A stretch of 32,000 nucleotides of DNA from Candidatus Paracaedimonas acanthamoebae (GTDB lineage: Bacteria; Pseudomonadota; Alphaproteobacteria; Caedimonadales; Caedimonadaceae). The notes under the pieces were generated by a model. It saw only the letters and a program-made list of their open reading frames with translations. It was not told the origin of the DNA and did not search any database. Positions 17,401 to 25,970 of this stretch are shown here, in pieces. The position numbers and the translations under genes are program-made. Every line of letters begins with the position of its first letter. Within the stretch, counting starts at the first letter, position 1. The stretch is from contig CP008936.1 in NCBI GenBank assembly GCA_000743035.1, positions 750,001-782,000 on the forward strand. The letters are read 5' to 3'.

Positions 17401-20400
17401 TTATTTGAGTGATTAATGCTCACTCTGCCCGCCACCTGAGAAAGGGTTGCTTGTGTAAATAAGTTATACAATCCCAAAGATAACGTTTGTAAGGGGCTTA
17501 AAAGACGACTTGGATCTAAGGGGATCTGATAAAGATGGTGATTTTCTCGGGTACTCAACATGATCATTTGATCCCCTACTAAAGGAACATAAGGACTTCC
17601 AAGAGGAACTGTTGTAAGGACTTCGCCTATCGGTGTCAGACGCAGGAGACTGTTTCCTTTAGCTTGTGCTTGAATAGCACTTGTTAAATTCACTAACGCT
17701 GGCCCTGAGAGTGTTATTTGGGAACGCATTTGTTTGGAGTTATCAAAGAGGCCTGATCCAGAAGCTTGGATGGTAATCGTGCCTGAATGCTTGTTTCCAG
17801 ATAAAACGTAATTCCCGGTATTAATGTGGATGGCGATAGCAGATTGAACAATACAAGGATAGCTAAAAATTATCCGTGTGAACCATTGTGTCCCATTAGT
17901 CCACTTATGAATACAATTGGCAGGCTCTTCAATATAATTCGAGAGGCTTATTTTATCGTTTATAGCTATGCCGTTCACATAAATTTTTCCTTGTGTACGA
18001 ACAGTACTCCCACAATTAGTGACTTTATGCGTATTAATATGAATATCACCAAGGGAATCCAAGGTTGCTGGACCTGAAGTAGGCCTTTCCCATCCTTCAC
18101 CATCAAAAGAGCTTGAATCAGGTATAAATTTAGGGGGCTTTCCTGTATGTTTGTATTCATAACCTTGTATGAGGGTAGTTCCTAAAGAAAATATCTTTCC
18201 GGCTGTATTTTGAATATTTTTTGTAGCTTTAAAAGTGCTTCCTTTACCACTGAAGACGGTTCCACAGTCCACAATAACATTGCTTGCAGAGTCTATGATA
18301 ATATTATCTTCTGAAGCGAGATAAGCTTCGTTGCATTTAGAGGCATCGTCAAATAGGTGCTCTCTAGTATGCGTTGCTCTCCTTGCAGTCGTAGGACTAA
18401 GATCTGCAGTCGAAAAACTTGTATTTGCATAATAATATTTTTTAAAATCCTCATCTATTCCTTTCTGGGGAGCCCCGACGAGAGCATTTCCTTTTGTTGC
18501 TTTTATAAGTGTGGGCCCTTTGCCATACATTTTCCCAAAGCGATTATCGATACTATGAGCTGTGACAGTAAGGGATCCTTCGGTGGAAGCAATTTCGCCC
18601 ATAACTGTATTACTACTTCCGCATGTCAGCGGACCGTTGACATCGAATGTTAGAGTGGGGGCTGTAAACTTATGCGTAGTTGTAAAGAGACCACCCACAT
18701 ATAAAATGAGATGACCAATATTGGCAAAGTCATAGTTTTTGGTTGTGGTTATGGCAGGGGTATAAAAAACAACTTTTCCTTGTTTATTCGTACTTACTCT
18801 AGAAAGATCTGCAAGCGTTCGGCTGCTGCGATAGCGGGATGTGAAAAGTATTCCTTCTTGTGAACGGATGGCTTTGGGTAAAGTTTGAACATCATACGTT
18901 AAATCTTTTTGACTTTCGATCTCTCCTTGTGAGCTATAATTCTTACGTGCATCACCTTTTAGAACAAGGCGGTTTGCTGTAGTTGAAGTGTCATCCTCTG
19001 TGAAATGCCATTCGTTGTCTTGGAAGCTGATTAAACTATTATTCTTTAAAGTACCTATGATCGTATACTGGCCACTCCTCAGAATAAGACTTTTATTATT
19101 GATTAGATTAGTAAAAAATAGAGAACTATTTTGAAGTTCAAGGGTTTGATCATTTTGAATGTCAAGAGGAGAAGTACAACTTATATGCTCAAAGAGCCAC
19201 TGCCCATAATTATGAAATTTCGTTGGCTTGAATTCTAAAGTCCCATTCCGCCAGACAATGGTGCCCTGGTTAGAAATGGGGCCTGAATCTAACTTTAAAT
19301 GACCTTCATGAAACCATTTTCCTTCATTGTTAAATTCTCCAGCTTCTTGAAGCAATGAAAACTTTTGTTGTCCATTAGTTTCCCCTGTGAGTAATGATCC
19401 CTTATTCAGGATATGGCTCTTGGTCACTTTAATCGCTTCTAAAGCTTCAATAACTCCTTCCGTAAGGTTGTGGAGTTTTCCCCCTACAATTGCCAAAGTG
19501 GTGAACATCATTTTACCTGCATTTTCTATGAGGCGCTGACTCACATCTATGGAACTTGATTTTAAGGTTCCCAAATTATGAAGCGTATACGAAAGAGCAT
19601 CCTCCGGCCTTCCTTGAAAAGATAAGTGATCGACGAAAATATCCGCATCCCGATCGTTAACAAATGACTTATTCTGTCCTCCTAAACTAACTCGTTTCCC
19701 TCTGACCAAAGCTCGAGGGCCTTTGCTTTGGGTTTTATTTATAAATTGCAGGATTGAAAGTGTTGCTGGCTCCTTTAGATCTAATAGATCCAAAGTATGG
19801 TAATTCTTGAATAGGCCATTGCCGATTAATTGTTGGAGTGAAATTTCTCCTTCATTGGTCATCTCTCCTTGTACATTCAGGATTAAGCCTTCTCCCTTAA
19901 TTGTTCCTGTATTATGTCCCTTGGCTAGACTTAAGTGTTTAGTCTCAATGTCTCCTTGATTCATAAGCTCGGAGTTGACAGCGAGCTGATCAAGGATTCG
20001 GAGTGAACTTAAAGATGAATTGATAAAAGGTTTCCCCTTAACCACCATTTTATGAGCTTGCCAAAATCCATTATTTGAAGCCTGGCGCTTAAGCGTTGCT
20101 TCTTTAACGTAGAAAGCGCCTTCATTTACCATAGAAGCCCCCGAGGGAGATGAACTTAGATCAGCAGATAACTCTTCTGACACTCTGACTTCAGCTTCTT
20201 CACTATTTTTAAAGAGTTGGTTAGTGGATGCGATATGAAGGTAGGTACTCTCTATTTTTGCGCCTTCAGCTGTAGGCATTCTTTTTTCATTGGTGATTTG
20301 ACTCAAACCCAGCACCGCGCGTTCAGCTTGAGTTCCTTGAAACTGACAATAGGCATGGTTAGTAAGCTGCCCCTCACCGGTTAATCGTTTAACGCGTAAC

Positions 20401-21161
20401 CCTCCCTCATTAATGGCTTCATGAAAGATATGGAGGTGATCTGCAACAACGGCATGGGAAAAATGTGTTTTTTGAGATTTTAAGGTTAAGGATTTGGCAT
20501 TGAGTGTTTGGATGAAAAGTTCTTGTGATGTTTTAAGAACGAGATCATAAGCTGACTGAAATGGAGATGTAGCTAATTGATCAAAAAATATTGCACCATC
20601 TTTTAAGATATTAACGGTGGCAAAGCCTGGAATATACCACACCATGCTATCATTTTTATAGTTAACTAAGGAAGCTCCCTTGCATAAAGACAAGAAGGTA
20701 TCGGCTTGGGCCTCAGCTACTGGTGTAAAAAATGGCGTGATCCGGTCTTGTTCAACACTTGCGGTATAAAGGGTCTCAAAAGATTTTTGGGATGTTTTTG
20801 ATTTTCGTGAGACTTTAAACTGAATCGCTTTATTTTCTGGATTAAGCGTTTTAATTGAAATTTTATATTGGTAGCTCCCTAACGTTGTGGGTTGGGATTT
20901 CTCTAAAATTCGTTGTGCTTTTACCATCTCATCAACTGATGGGATGTAGGATGCTTTTATAGCTGACACGTCCTCTATAGGAAGAGGTCCTTGAATGATG
21001 TCCTTAGACGATAGAGTTGAATCTTTGAACCTAGGAAAATGTTTATTGTATGTGCTTGAAGAATGATCAACATCACAAGCAAGTGCAAATGGAGTCAGTG
21101 ATTGTATTGAGTAAGAGACCAAAACTAAGCGCGCAATCACTTTGAAAAACTTATTTTGCAA
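14460..21161 (-). CDS. CdiA/FhaB-like polymorphic toxin (beta-helical repeats, pretoxin region, VENN motif, variable C-terminal toxin)
   Basis: 2233-aa ORF. TTG start at 21161 with GGGAGG 8 nt upstream and a signal-like N-terminus (VIARLVLVSYSIQSLTPFALA). Long Asn/Gly/Thr-rich repetitive region. FHA-2-like segments (YHTKKGGFFKGDTTTH, TDGLFSSSHSHS). Gly/Ala/Ser-rich pretoxin (DUF637-like) region. VENN at 15252-15263 (GTTGAAAATAAT on the minus strand), followed by a 263-aa tail. Confidence 0.8.
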   Translation of the reverse strand: MQNKFFKVIARLVLVSYSIQSLTPFALACDVDHSSSTYNKHFPRFKDSTLSSKDIIQGPLPIEDVSAIKASYIPSVDEMVKAQRILEKSQPTTLGSYQYKISIKTLNPENKAIQFKVSRKSKTSQKSFETLYTASVEQDRITPFFTPVAEAQADTFLSLCKGASLVNYKNDSMVWYIPGFATVNILKDGAIFFDQLATSPFQSAYDLVLKTSQELFIQTLNAKSLTLKSQKTHFSHAVVADHLHIFHEAINEGGLRVKRLTGEGQLTNHAYCQFQGTQAERAVLGLSQITNEKRMPTAEGAKIESTYLHIASTNQLFKNSEEAEVRVSEELSADLSSSPSGASMVNEGAFYVKEATLKRQASNNGFWQAHKMVVKGKPFINSSLSSLRILDQLAVNSELMNQGDIETKHLSLAKGHNTGTIKGEGLILNVQGEMTNEGEISLQQLIGNGLFKNYHTLDLLDLKEPATLSILQFINKTQSKGPRALVRGKRVSLGGQNKSFVNDRDADIFVDHLSFQGRPEDALSYTLHNLGTLKSSSIDVSQRLIENAGKMMFTTLAIVGGKLHNLTEGVIEALEAIKVTKSHILNKGSLLTGETNGQQKFSLLQEAGEFNNEGKWFHEGHLKLDSGPISNQGTIVWRNGTLEFKPTKFHNYGQWLFEHISCTSPLDIQNDQTLELQNSSLFFTNLINNKSLILRSGQYTIIGTLKNNSLISFQDNEWHFTEDDTSTTANRLVLKGDARKNYSSQGEIESQKDLTYDVQTLPKAIRSQEGILFTSRYRSSRTLADLSRVSTNKQGKVVFYTPAITTTKNYDFANIGHLILYVGGLFTTTHKFTAPTLTFDVNGPLTCGSSNTVMGEIASTEGSLTVTAHSIDNRFGKMYGKGPTLIKATKGNALVGAPQKGIDEDFKKYYYANTSFSTADLSPTTARRATHTREHLFDDASKCNEAYLASEDNIIIDSASNVIVDCGTVFSGKGSTFKATKNIQNTAGKIFSLGTTLIQGYEYKHTGKPPKFIPDSSSFDGEGWERPTSGPATLDSLGDIHINTHKVTNCGSTVRTQGKIYVNGIAINDKISLSNYIEEPANCIHKWTNGTQWFTRIIFSYPCIVQSAIAIHINTGNYVLSGNKHSGTITIQASGSGLFDNSKQMRSQITLSGPALVNLTSAIQAQAKGNSLLRLTPIGEVLTTVPLGSPYVPLVGDQMIMLSTRENHHLYQIPLDPSRLLSPLQTLSLGLYNLFTQATLSQVAGRVSINHSNKDTLFQSLIQNGISFGQDEKKAIVTLEDVQKARHSMILPGLSQVGDKIHQILSLFVAQEDMNSVQGMSADTMDVYNQGPLTVKDTTIKIKKWMHFFSEDHLSFLSTISTHFHGKGTQESLDSPTSLESEEGEVIALGKKGFQMTATKLRSLLRLIAGSLEGNSDIEAAQLKRTEHSYHTKKGGFFKGDTTTHTIQETTISHPSELVSEKEEVTILSGDTAKTTITGSLLKSIVAIIFQGKDLETHAAVGINTTKTESETDGLFSSSHSHSVRQSANFAPTTLSAPAIHTNTESAIYRGTDFIADIIYDNTKEGATFAPSISWLEYFHQIITKSPFLKSDVGCKGGYEVMQPCRLLVNQIIRQVDEGEIKLQSVDWNKDRTQIIGKFAETTYHLKSWQKSWAHHKQLIPNEALVVVALGVTLATQGWGASLINSLGESLCGVVPAATAAGAAVMVPAVTLSSTGMAVANAGFSTICSQLTCSVLRTGNPIQAGKELISPASMRSLAVTMTSAGLCQNISEALKIDLHPGLTALTDPQKQVKFMDFLQANALKTVVETPLQCLIGRISVEEAVKNGVKNLGVDTLASYASYHIGRIYADPSKPMGYFEHKALHGSVGALSGWFLDSSARGLMSGAIGSIVSEVVMEECRGIAKNKALDILAKAEKEGQSLKDGKFQLELYDALSKELAFAKLSGATVAALLGQDPSIGAHTSTNAVENNAIMLAVGIGLAAYEVYDVIKTAQREGPAAALQKVAVDGAITIVTLGAGKVVYKVAKLSGPMAEMVWQAYIAQNPAFAQVIAKVFAPLSKGFTKAKELYLTADGLLSETWSKGMQKLTRREAPGITKASVPGNDLDIYAPPRAQSRINIIEGTGKPNKRVEGETKPGIDKVWRKHMNLDKTNKSQFTIPKEEVRSILSDKKTIETPITKIVESGRYVREVDVGTIIGKLPSQHGSNTTSIITILTDAEGNLVNVFPGPLKYMVK

Positions 21162-21234
21162 CTTTAATGCCTCCCTTTATGCTTATCCCTAAAGCAAATT
21201 GACAAGAATGTCTTAACCTAAGCTTCTATGATCA

Positions 21235-21263
21235 AATATAGGAAATAGCTAAATGTTGGTCAA
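21235..21263 (-). promoter_or_regulatory. Candidate promoter of the toxin operon
   Basis: On the minus strand: TTGACC (21263-21258), 17-nt spacer, TATATT (21240-21235). About 70 nt upstream of the TTG start. Pattern match only. Confidence 0.35.
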
Positions 21264-21381
21264 TTTTTTAGAATGCCCGAATAATTTTAATTAAATTTTA
21301 TAATAAGATTGGTGATCTTTTATTTTCCCTAGATAATTTATTTTTTCTATTTTTATAAGAAAAAAAGAGATCAATTAATGA

Positions 21382-21759
21382 CTAATTGACCTTTATGGCC
21401 ATGCAAGTTCTCAAGCTATTCTTAATCTCTTTAATACGTTTATCTTCTTCAGAAGCACAGATCCACAGACAGCCAGCTGGATTTCTAAAGTATTAGGGGA
21501 GAAGGATGAAACAGAAATTGTTGAAAATCTCTCCTATGGCGCAAACACCATTCAAGGTGGCGTATCCTTAAATCAGCAAACGCATACTAAGCCCATTATC
21601 ATTCCCACAGAAATCCAAAATTTAAGAGACCTTGAGGCCTATATCAAACTCACAGGCAATTATCCTATTACTAAGCTCAAGATGCCCTACCAGCCTGAAC
21701 CACAAAGTAAGATCGAAGCGTTTGATTTCTCCCTAATCACAGGAGCTGACCATGCCTGA
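21382..21759 (+). pseudogene. 3' fragment of a type IV coupling protein gene (TraD/TraG/VirD4 family)
   Basis: Open frame with no start codon: ...YGHASSQAILNLFNTFIFFRSTDPQTASWISKVLGEKDETEIVENLSYGANTIQGGVSLNQQTHTKPIIIPTEIQNLRDLEAYIKLTGNYPITK... This matches my recollection of the C-terminal region of T4CPs. Only ~125 codons remain of an expected several hundred. Confidence 0.6.
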
Positions 21760-22336
21760 AATGCAAGATCCCTTTGAGATGAACTACTATAAGCTCTCAC
21801 TTCTTAAAGAAGAGATGGCCTCTCAAATTAAAGACTTACAAAAGACGATAGACGAGGTTAAAGCAGGAGCCCGCATGTTCATGGTGCAACACGAAGAGTT
21901 TAAAACTATTGCCTCTCATGTTCAAAAGAGCCTGAAGGCTAGTATCCTAGATGCTTCTCAGCAAATGGGGCAAGAGGTAACCGATAAGATTGAAGAGCAA
22001 ATAAAGGAAACATTCGAGGAAGCTGCCCAAAATTTACTGACCACCTCTCAAAGTACTGAAGGGACACTCCTTAAAGCACAAAAGGCTCTATCTTTGAGAA
22101 ATTGGCTTATAGGCGCAACAACGCTTGTAGCCTCCCTTCTAACAGCGCTTTCTCTTAGTTATTTTTACCTCGCCAAAATAGAATCTATAGCCACACGGCA
22201 GCTTGTAAAGACTTATAAATATGGCCTTTTGCTTAAAGACATTTGGCCTAAGCTCAGTGCTAAAGATCAAAAGAAATTCAGCCAGTTCTTGGAAGACAAA
22301 GAGCATAAATTTAAAAACCGTAAAATACGTTACTAA
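21752..22336 (+). CDS. Coiled-coil protein with one TM helix, hypothetical (likely a former tra-operon gene)
   Basis: 194 aa with a heptad-like charged N-terminal half and a TM segment LIGATTLVASLLTALSLSYFYL. Its ATG overlaps the coupling-protein remnant stop (ATGCCTGA). Confidence 0.55.
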   Translation: MPEMQDPFEMNYYKLSLLKEEMASQIKDLQKTIDEVKAGARMFMVQHEEFKTIASHVQKSLKASILDASQQMGQEVTDKIEEQIKETFEEAAQNLLTTSQSTEGTLLKAQKALSLRNWLIGATTLVASLLTALSLSYFYLAKIESIATRQLVKTYKYGLLLKDIWPKLSAKDQKKFSQFLEDKEHKFKNRKIRY

Positions 22337-22477
22337 AGGAAAGCCATATACGCAAGGTCGTTCTCTAAGTATCTTTCATATCTTTCCAATGTGTGCCAAT
22401 ATGGGATAAATAAATGCTTGTATAATAGTACCCTTCCCGATATGTTCATATAATCTTTTAAAAATGCGGAAGAAACA

Positions 22478-24031
22478 ATGTTGGGTTCATTAAAAACTAG
22501 AGCTTGGATTATATGGTTATCATTAAGCATCATCAGCTTAATTAATTATCCCACATGCGCGAGTAATTCATTTGAAACAATTAGAATCTCAGAATTTGAT
22601 AGTAACAAATTAAAGAGGCAAAATGTAAAGGATTGTACTATTTCAGACCCAACATCTGGCTATAATTCATGCTATGGAAATGGAATGATTTTCACGGTTT
22701 TTCCTCCGCCAAAAGAAGACGATGGCAGATATAAAGATGCAACCATGGTACAAGAATTTTACAAAAAATTAACTGATTCAGGTGTAAAGCAAAATGTCGT
22801 TGTCGCTCGAGCAGTATTTAAGTTCAACCACTTAGAAAATCTGGGTTCTTTCACTCTTCCTTACATATTTTTTAGTGGGAGCCCAGATGAAGTAAAGTCA
22901 ACAATTCCATTAAATAAAAAGGAAGTTGAGACAACTATAATAGCACTCCCTACTTGTTTAAAAACTAAGCTCAAAGAACAAATTGAAGGAAGTTCTCTAG
23001 AATCTATTGCCAGAGAGTGTTTGAAAGATTTCTTCCTACCTGCTTATAAAAACCCAATATTCATTTTTGATAGTAATGCTAGTTCTATTGATCAATTAAA
23101 GGACAGCATCCTAAATTTCAGAGGCTTTATTTATAGTCATTTTATTGATGAAGAATCTGAAGGCTATAAACTTTTTATGCAAAACAATCCCCATACAACC
23201 TTCATAAGTATACTTAGAGGTATTGCTTCTTATTCCAAAGGATGCTCTGGGGATAAAATGCAAAAGCAAAGTGAGCCAGCTTTAAATCTTGCTTTGCAGG
23301 AAATCTATTTAAGGCAACCTGCTACAGAAAAATTGCTTAAAGAAATATTTGATGAAGATAGTCTGGATGAATTATTTGGACAAGGCTCCCATGGAGAAGG
23401 TAATAAAAAGAAAGGGATGAGTTTTTGCTTTCATCAATCTGAGCAAGCATTATTAGGCTACTTGCTAAAAAAGGATGGCAATAAAAAACATCATAATGAA
23501 TTTATTTCAATATTAATTGAATTCTTGAAATATAATCTTAATTCTCATTTTGACCAATATAAGGAAGTGTTAAGTGTAACATCCTCTTCCGCTCAATCTG
23601 GAGCACCCACGATTGCAGATGATCTTCCTTCCTTAAGCGAGATAGTACAGAGTCCCGTTGAACAACAAGGATCTAACGTGATATTAGTTGCAAAGTGTGA
23701 CATTGATACAAATCTTGAGCTTTTTTCACCAAGACATATTTGTAAATATTGCAGAGGTACATTTTATATATGCCAACAAAAAATCCTTAATCTCATAAAG
23801 GATGTTTTGCAAAATAACGGGCTTAATATACTTGAAGCTGAACAAAAAAATAAAAAAGTCTCCCAAGAAGATAATTTATATGATAAGGTAGTTACACACT
23901 TTAAGCTACCAATCAAACCTAAATCAATAATAGTCAAATATATGGGAAGGATAAACTTAAGCATATTTGCTACTTCTCATCAACCAGCCGAACCTGCTTT
24001 AATGGGAAAAATGGAGACAATACATGAATAG
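22478..24031 (+). CDS. Secreted orphan protein with a deaminase-like motif arrangement (speculative)
   Basis: 517 aa. Signal-like N-terminus AWIIWLSLSIISLINYPTCASNS and GGAAG SD. C-terminal third contains MSFCFHQSEQALLGYLL and, about 105 aa later, SPRHICKYCRGTFYICQQ. Confidence 0.65.
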   Translation: MLGSLKTRAWIIWLSLSIISLINYPTCASNSFETIRISEFDSNKLKRQNVKDCTISDPTSGYNSCYGNGMIFTVFPPPKEDDGRYKDATMVQEFYKKLTDSGVKQNVVVARAVFKFNHLENLGSFTLPYIFFSGSPDEVKSTIPLNKKEVETTIIALPTCLKTKLKEQIEGSSLESIARECLKDFFLPAYKNPIFIFDSNASSIDQLKDSILNFRGFIYSHFIDEESEGYKLFMQNNPHTTFISILRGIASYSKGCSGDKMQKQSEPALNLALQEIYLRQPATEKLLKEIFDEDSLDELFGQGSHGEGNKKKGMSFCFHQSEQALLGYLLKKDGNKKHHNEFISILIEFLKYNLNSHFDQYKEVLSVTSSSAQSGAPTIADDLPSLSEIVQSPVEQQGSNVILVAKCDIDTNLELFSPRHICKYCRGTFYICQQKILNLIKDVLQNNGLNILEAEQKNKKVSQEDNLYDKVVTHFKLPIKPKSIIVKYMGRINLSIFATSHQPAEPALMGKMETIHE

Positions 24032-24641
24032 AAAAGTTAAACGGTATTTTAGAATATTTTTATTTACATTTCTTGCTGTGCCTCAAAACCACTCTTTTGC
24101 AAGTAAGCATTGTGATCTAGGAGACATCTATCATCATGGCCCTAAAGTAATTTGTTTAGGGGAGCGGCCTAATTTAAGCTCAGATCAGTTAGACCACTTC
24201 TTTGAAAAACATTTCGATAAGAATGCAAAAATATTAAGTTTAAGGTGCCAAGAAGAATTAACAGATGCTCACTTAAAGTGGTTATCAAAACTACCACAGA
24301 CAGCCACAATTATAGAACTGAACCTTAGCAGGACTAGTATTTCTTATGATGGAATAGTGCACTTATGGAAATCAGAATTTTTGGGTTCCGTTAGAGATGA
24401 GCAACCAATATATGAAAGCTATTATAATACGCCTATATCCGTAGTAAAAGTTGAAATAGGCCACACAAAAGCTCTAAAACAGTATAAAAAGCATTTGAAA
24501 AATGGGAAAAAAATATTTCCCTTACCTTTGCGTAATAAGTTTGAAATCCGCTATGTACACCCAGCAATTGATGTTGAATATAAAGAGATTGGCCTTAAAC
24601 AAATTCTCCTCACTGACCATGGTGAGCCTATTGGAAATTAA
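24024..24641 (+). CDS. Secreted orphan protein with 1-2 LRR-like units
   Basis: 205 aa. Its ATG overlaps the upstream stop by 8 nt (ATGAATAG). Signal-like FRIFLFTFLAVPQNHSFAS. LRR-like ILSLRCQEELTDAHLKWLSKL...IIELNLSRTSISYDGIVHL. Confidence 0.6.
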   Translation: MNRKVKRYFRIFLFTFLAVPQNHSFASKHCDLGDIYHHGPKVICLGERPNLSSDQLDHFFEKHFDKNAKILSLRCQEELTDAHLKWLSKLPQTATIIELNLSRTSISYDGIVHLWKSEFLGSVRDEQPIYESYYNTPISVVKVEIGHTKALKQYKKHLKNGKKIFPLPLRNKFEIRYVHPAIDVEYKEIGLKQILLTDHGEPIGN

Positions 24642-24722
24642 TTGTATTTAAGTTAAAGTAGGAGAAAATAATAAGTGGTACATATTCATAATACACATAG
24701 ATTTCTCTTAACAATTTCATAC

Positions 24723-25852
24723 TTAACGAAATAGCCTCACTTTTAATAAATTGATTTTATCTACTGAATCCCTTATCAATAGTCTTATTTTCTTTTTTAA
24801 GAAGTATTTTAGTACCTCTGCTGCTTCTTTATCCTTTAACTCAAGGCTTATAAAGTTAGGATCTTGCTTATAAAGCTCTTGCGCGTATCTTCTTAAATCA
24901 GCTTCAGTTTAAGTTTTATCGTAAGCATTGCAAGCAAACTTATGGTCTCTTAAGAGAGAGTTGAGCTTTTCTGAAGGTGTGGGTTCTACTCTTACTTGCT
25001 TATCGCTTAAGATCTTTAAACGATGGGCCTTAGCTTCAGCGTGCATTTCACCCCCTAACTGTGCTGCAAGTTCGGGATTTCTGGCTTCAAACTGTCGCCG
25101 CCATTCAAGCTTTGGATCATATTTTACACCTTGATTTTGCTGAGGAACCTCATAAGAAGAGAGTGGTTTCTTAAACTCTTCTCTCTCTGTTGATAGGCGA
25201 ATCCCAATGCTATCAGCTTCATTTTTAGATATTCTTGTGGTGGTTGGGTTGGAAGCATTTTTGATTGAGTACTCTTGTTCAATATACTTTTTTATAAAGC
25301 TTATTATTTTCGGTATCATGTCCTTTCAATAACTCTTTCGTCCTGATATGCTCACTGATACTTCCTTGAGAGATACAGATCTCTTGTTGCTCAGGAACTT
25401 TACCTAAAAAACGCTCTGTAATACTCTGCCACGCTTATTTAGACACAAAGCGGATCGCCTGAAGTTCGTTACTAAGACGACTCAAGGTCTCTTGAAGTTG
25501 AGACTGTCTCCTCTGTTTGATCAAGCTTGGCTTTGATCTTATGCCGATCAATTTCTAAGATGGTTCCTAATATTCCCTTTTTAACTTTGAGACCATTATC
25601 ATTCCTCATGAAGAGGATCCGATCTCTTTATGCAAAGTGCTTCTCTTCTTTTGTAATAATCTTGTCGCCAAAATCATCTTCGTCTTCTTTATGGATGGTA
25701 TAAAGATATTCCTCTTTCGATATCATGTTGCCTTGCTTTAAAAGGTGGCGCGCTTCTTCATTAAGCTTAGCAGTCTCTAGAAGTTTTTTGTAAGTTTTGA
25801 AGGCATGGTACCTAACAATCAAAAAATGGGTTGTATATGGTTTAATAGACAC
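24723..25852 (-). pseudogene. Decayed relaxase/RecD-like helicase (TraA/TraI-type) C-terminal remnant
   Basis: One minus-strand reading frame is broken by in-frame stops at 25628-25630 and 24909-24911 and a frameshift near 25460. The segment ...EEKHFA*RDRILFMRNDNGLKVKKGILGTILEIDRHKIKAKLD resembles the GDRI.F..N...LGV.NG..G.V block of conjugative relaxase-helicases. The catalytic N-terminal part is missing. Confidence 0.45.
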
Positions 25853-25970
25853 AGATTCAGAATGACAATTAAAAACTTTTCGAGAACTAGATATTGATAT
25901 AAGTTATTGATAAATAATTATTTATATAATTTAATAAGTTTTAAGAGAATTATAAATATATGACTTACTT

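Larger units (their letters stand above)
12986..25970. mobile_element. tRNA-Ala-associated genomic island, probably a decayed integrative conjugative element carrying a polymorphic-toxin module
   Basis: Bounded by the intact tRNA-Ala and a direct repeat of its 3' 49 nt. The interior holds only accessory or decayed genes: DUF2628-like protein, CdiA-like toxin with immunity genes, T4 coupling protein fragment, relaxase remnant and orphan secreted proteins. Housekeeping genes lie on both sides. No integrase is left. Confidence 0.7.

Noticed and set aside
15018-18653. Plus-strand and alternative-frame ORFs inside the 6.7 kb toxin gene (15018-15401, 15982-16197, 16194-16397, 16419-16619, 16442-16789, 16543-16875, 17826-18077, 17975-18160, 18357-18653)
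   Set aside because: They overlap a single uninterrupted 2233-codon frame with family motifs. Their translations are low-complexity or Cys/Arg-rich, as expected from antisense reading.
21162-21381. Searched for a cdiB/tpsB transporter gene or leader upstream of the toxin gene
   Set aside because: The region has no ORF of meaningful size on either strand. It is AT-rich intergenic DNA with only a promoter-like match.
22333-22533. 66-aa minus-strand ORF bridging 21752-22336 and 22478-24031; also 22221-22409 and 23764-23964
   Set aside because: They overlap better-supported genes or their start regions and have no SD or motif, so they are judged spurious.
12986-25970. Searched the island for an integrase, transposase or IS element
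   Set aside because: No ORF or frame fragment shows tyrosine-recombinase (R...HxxR...Y) or DDE-like features. The xerD at 31355 lies outside the repeats and looks like the chromosomal dimer-resolution gene, not the island integrase.
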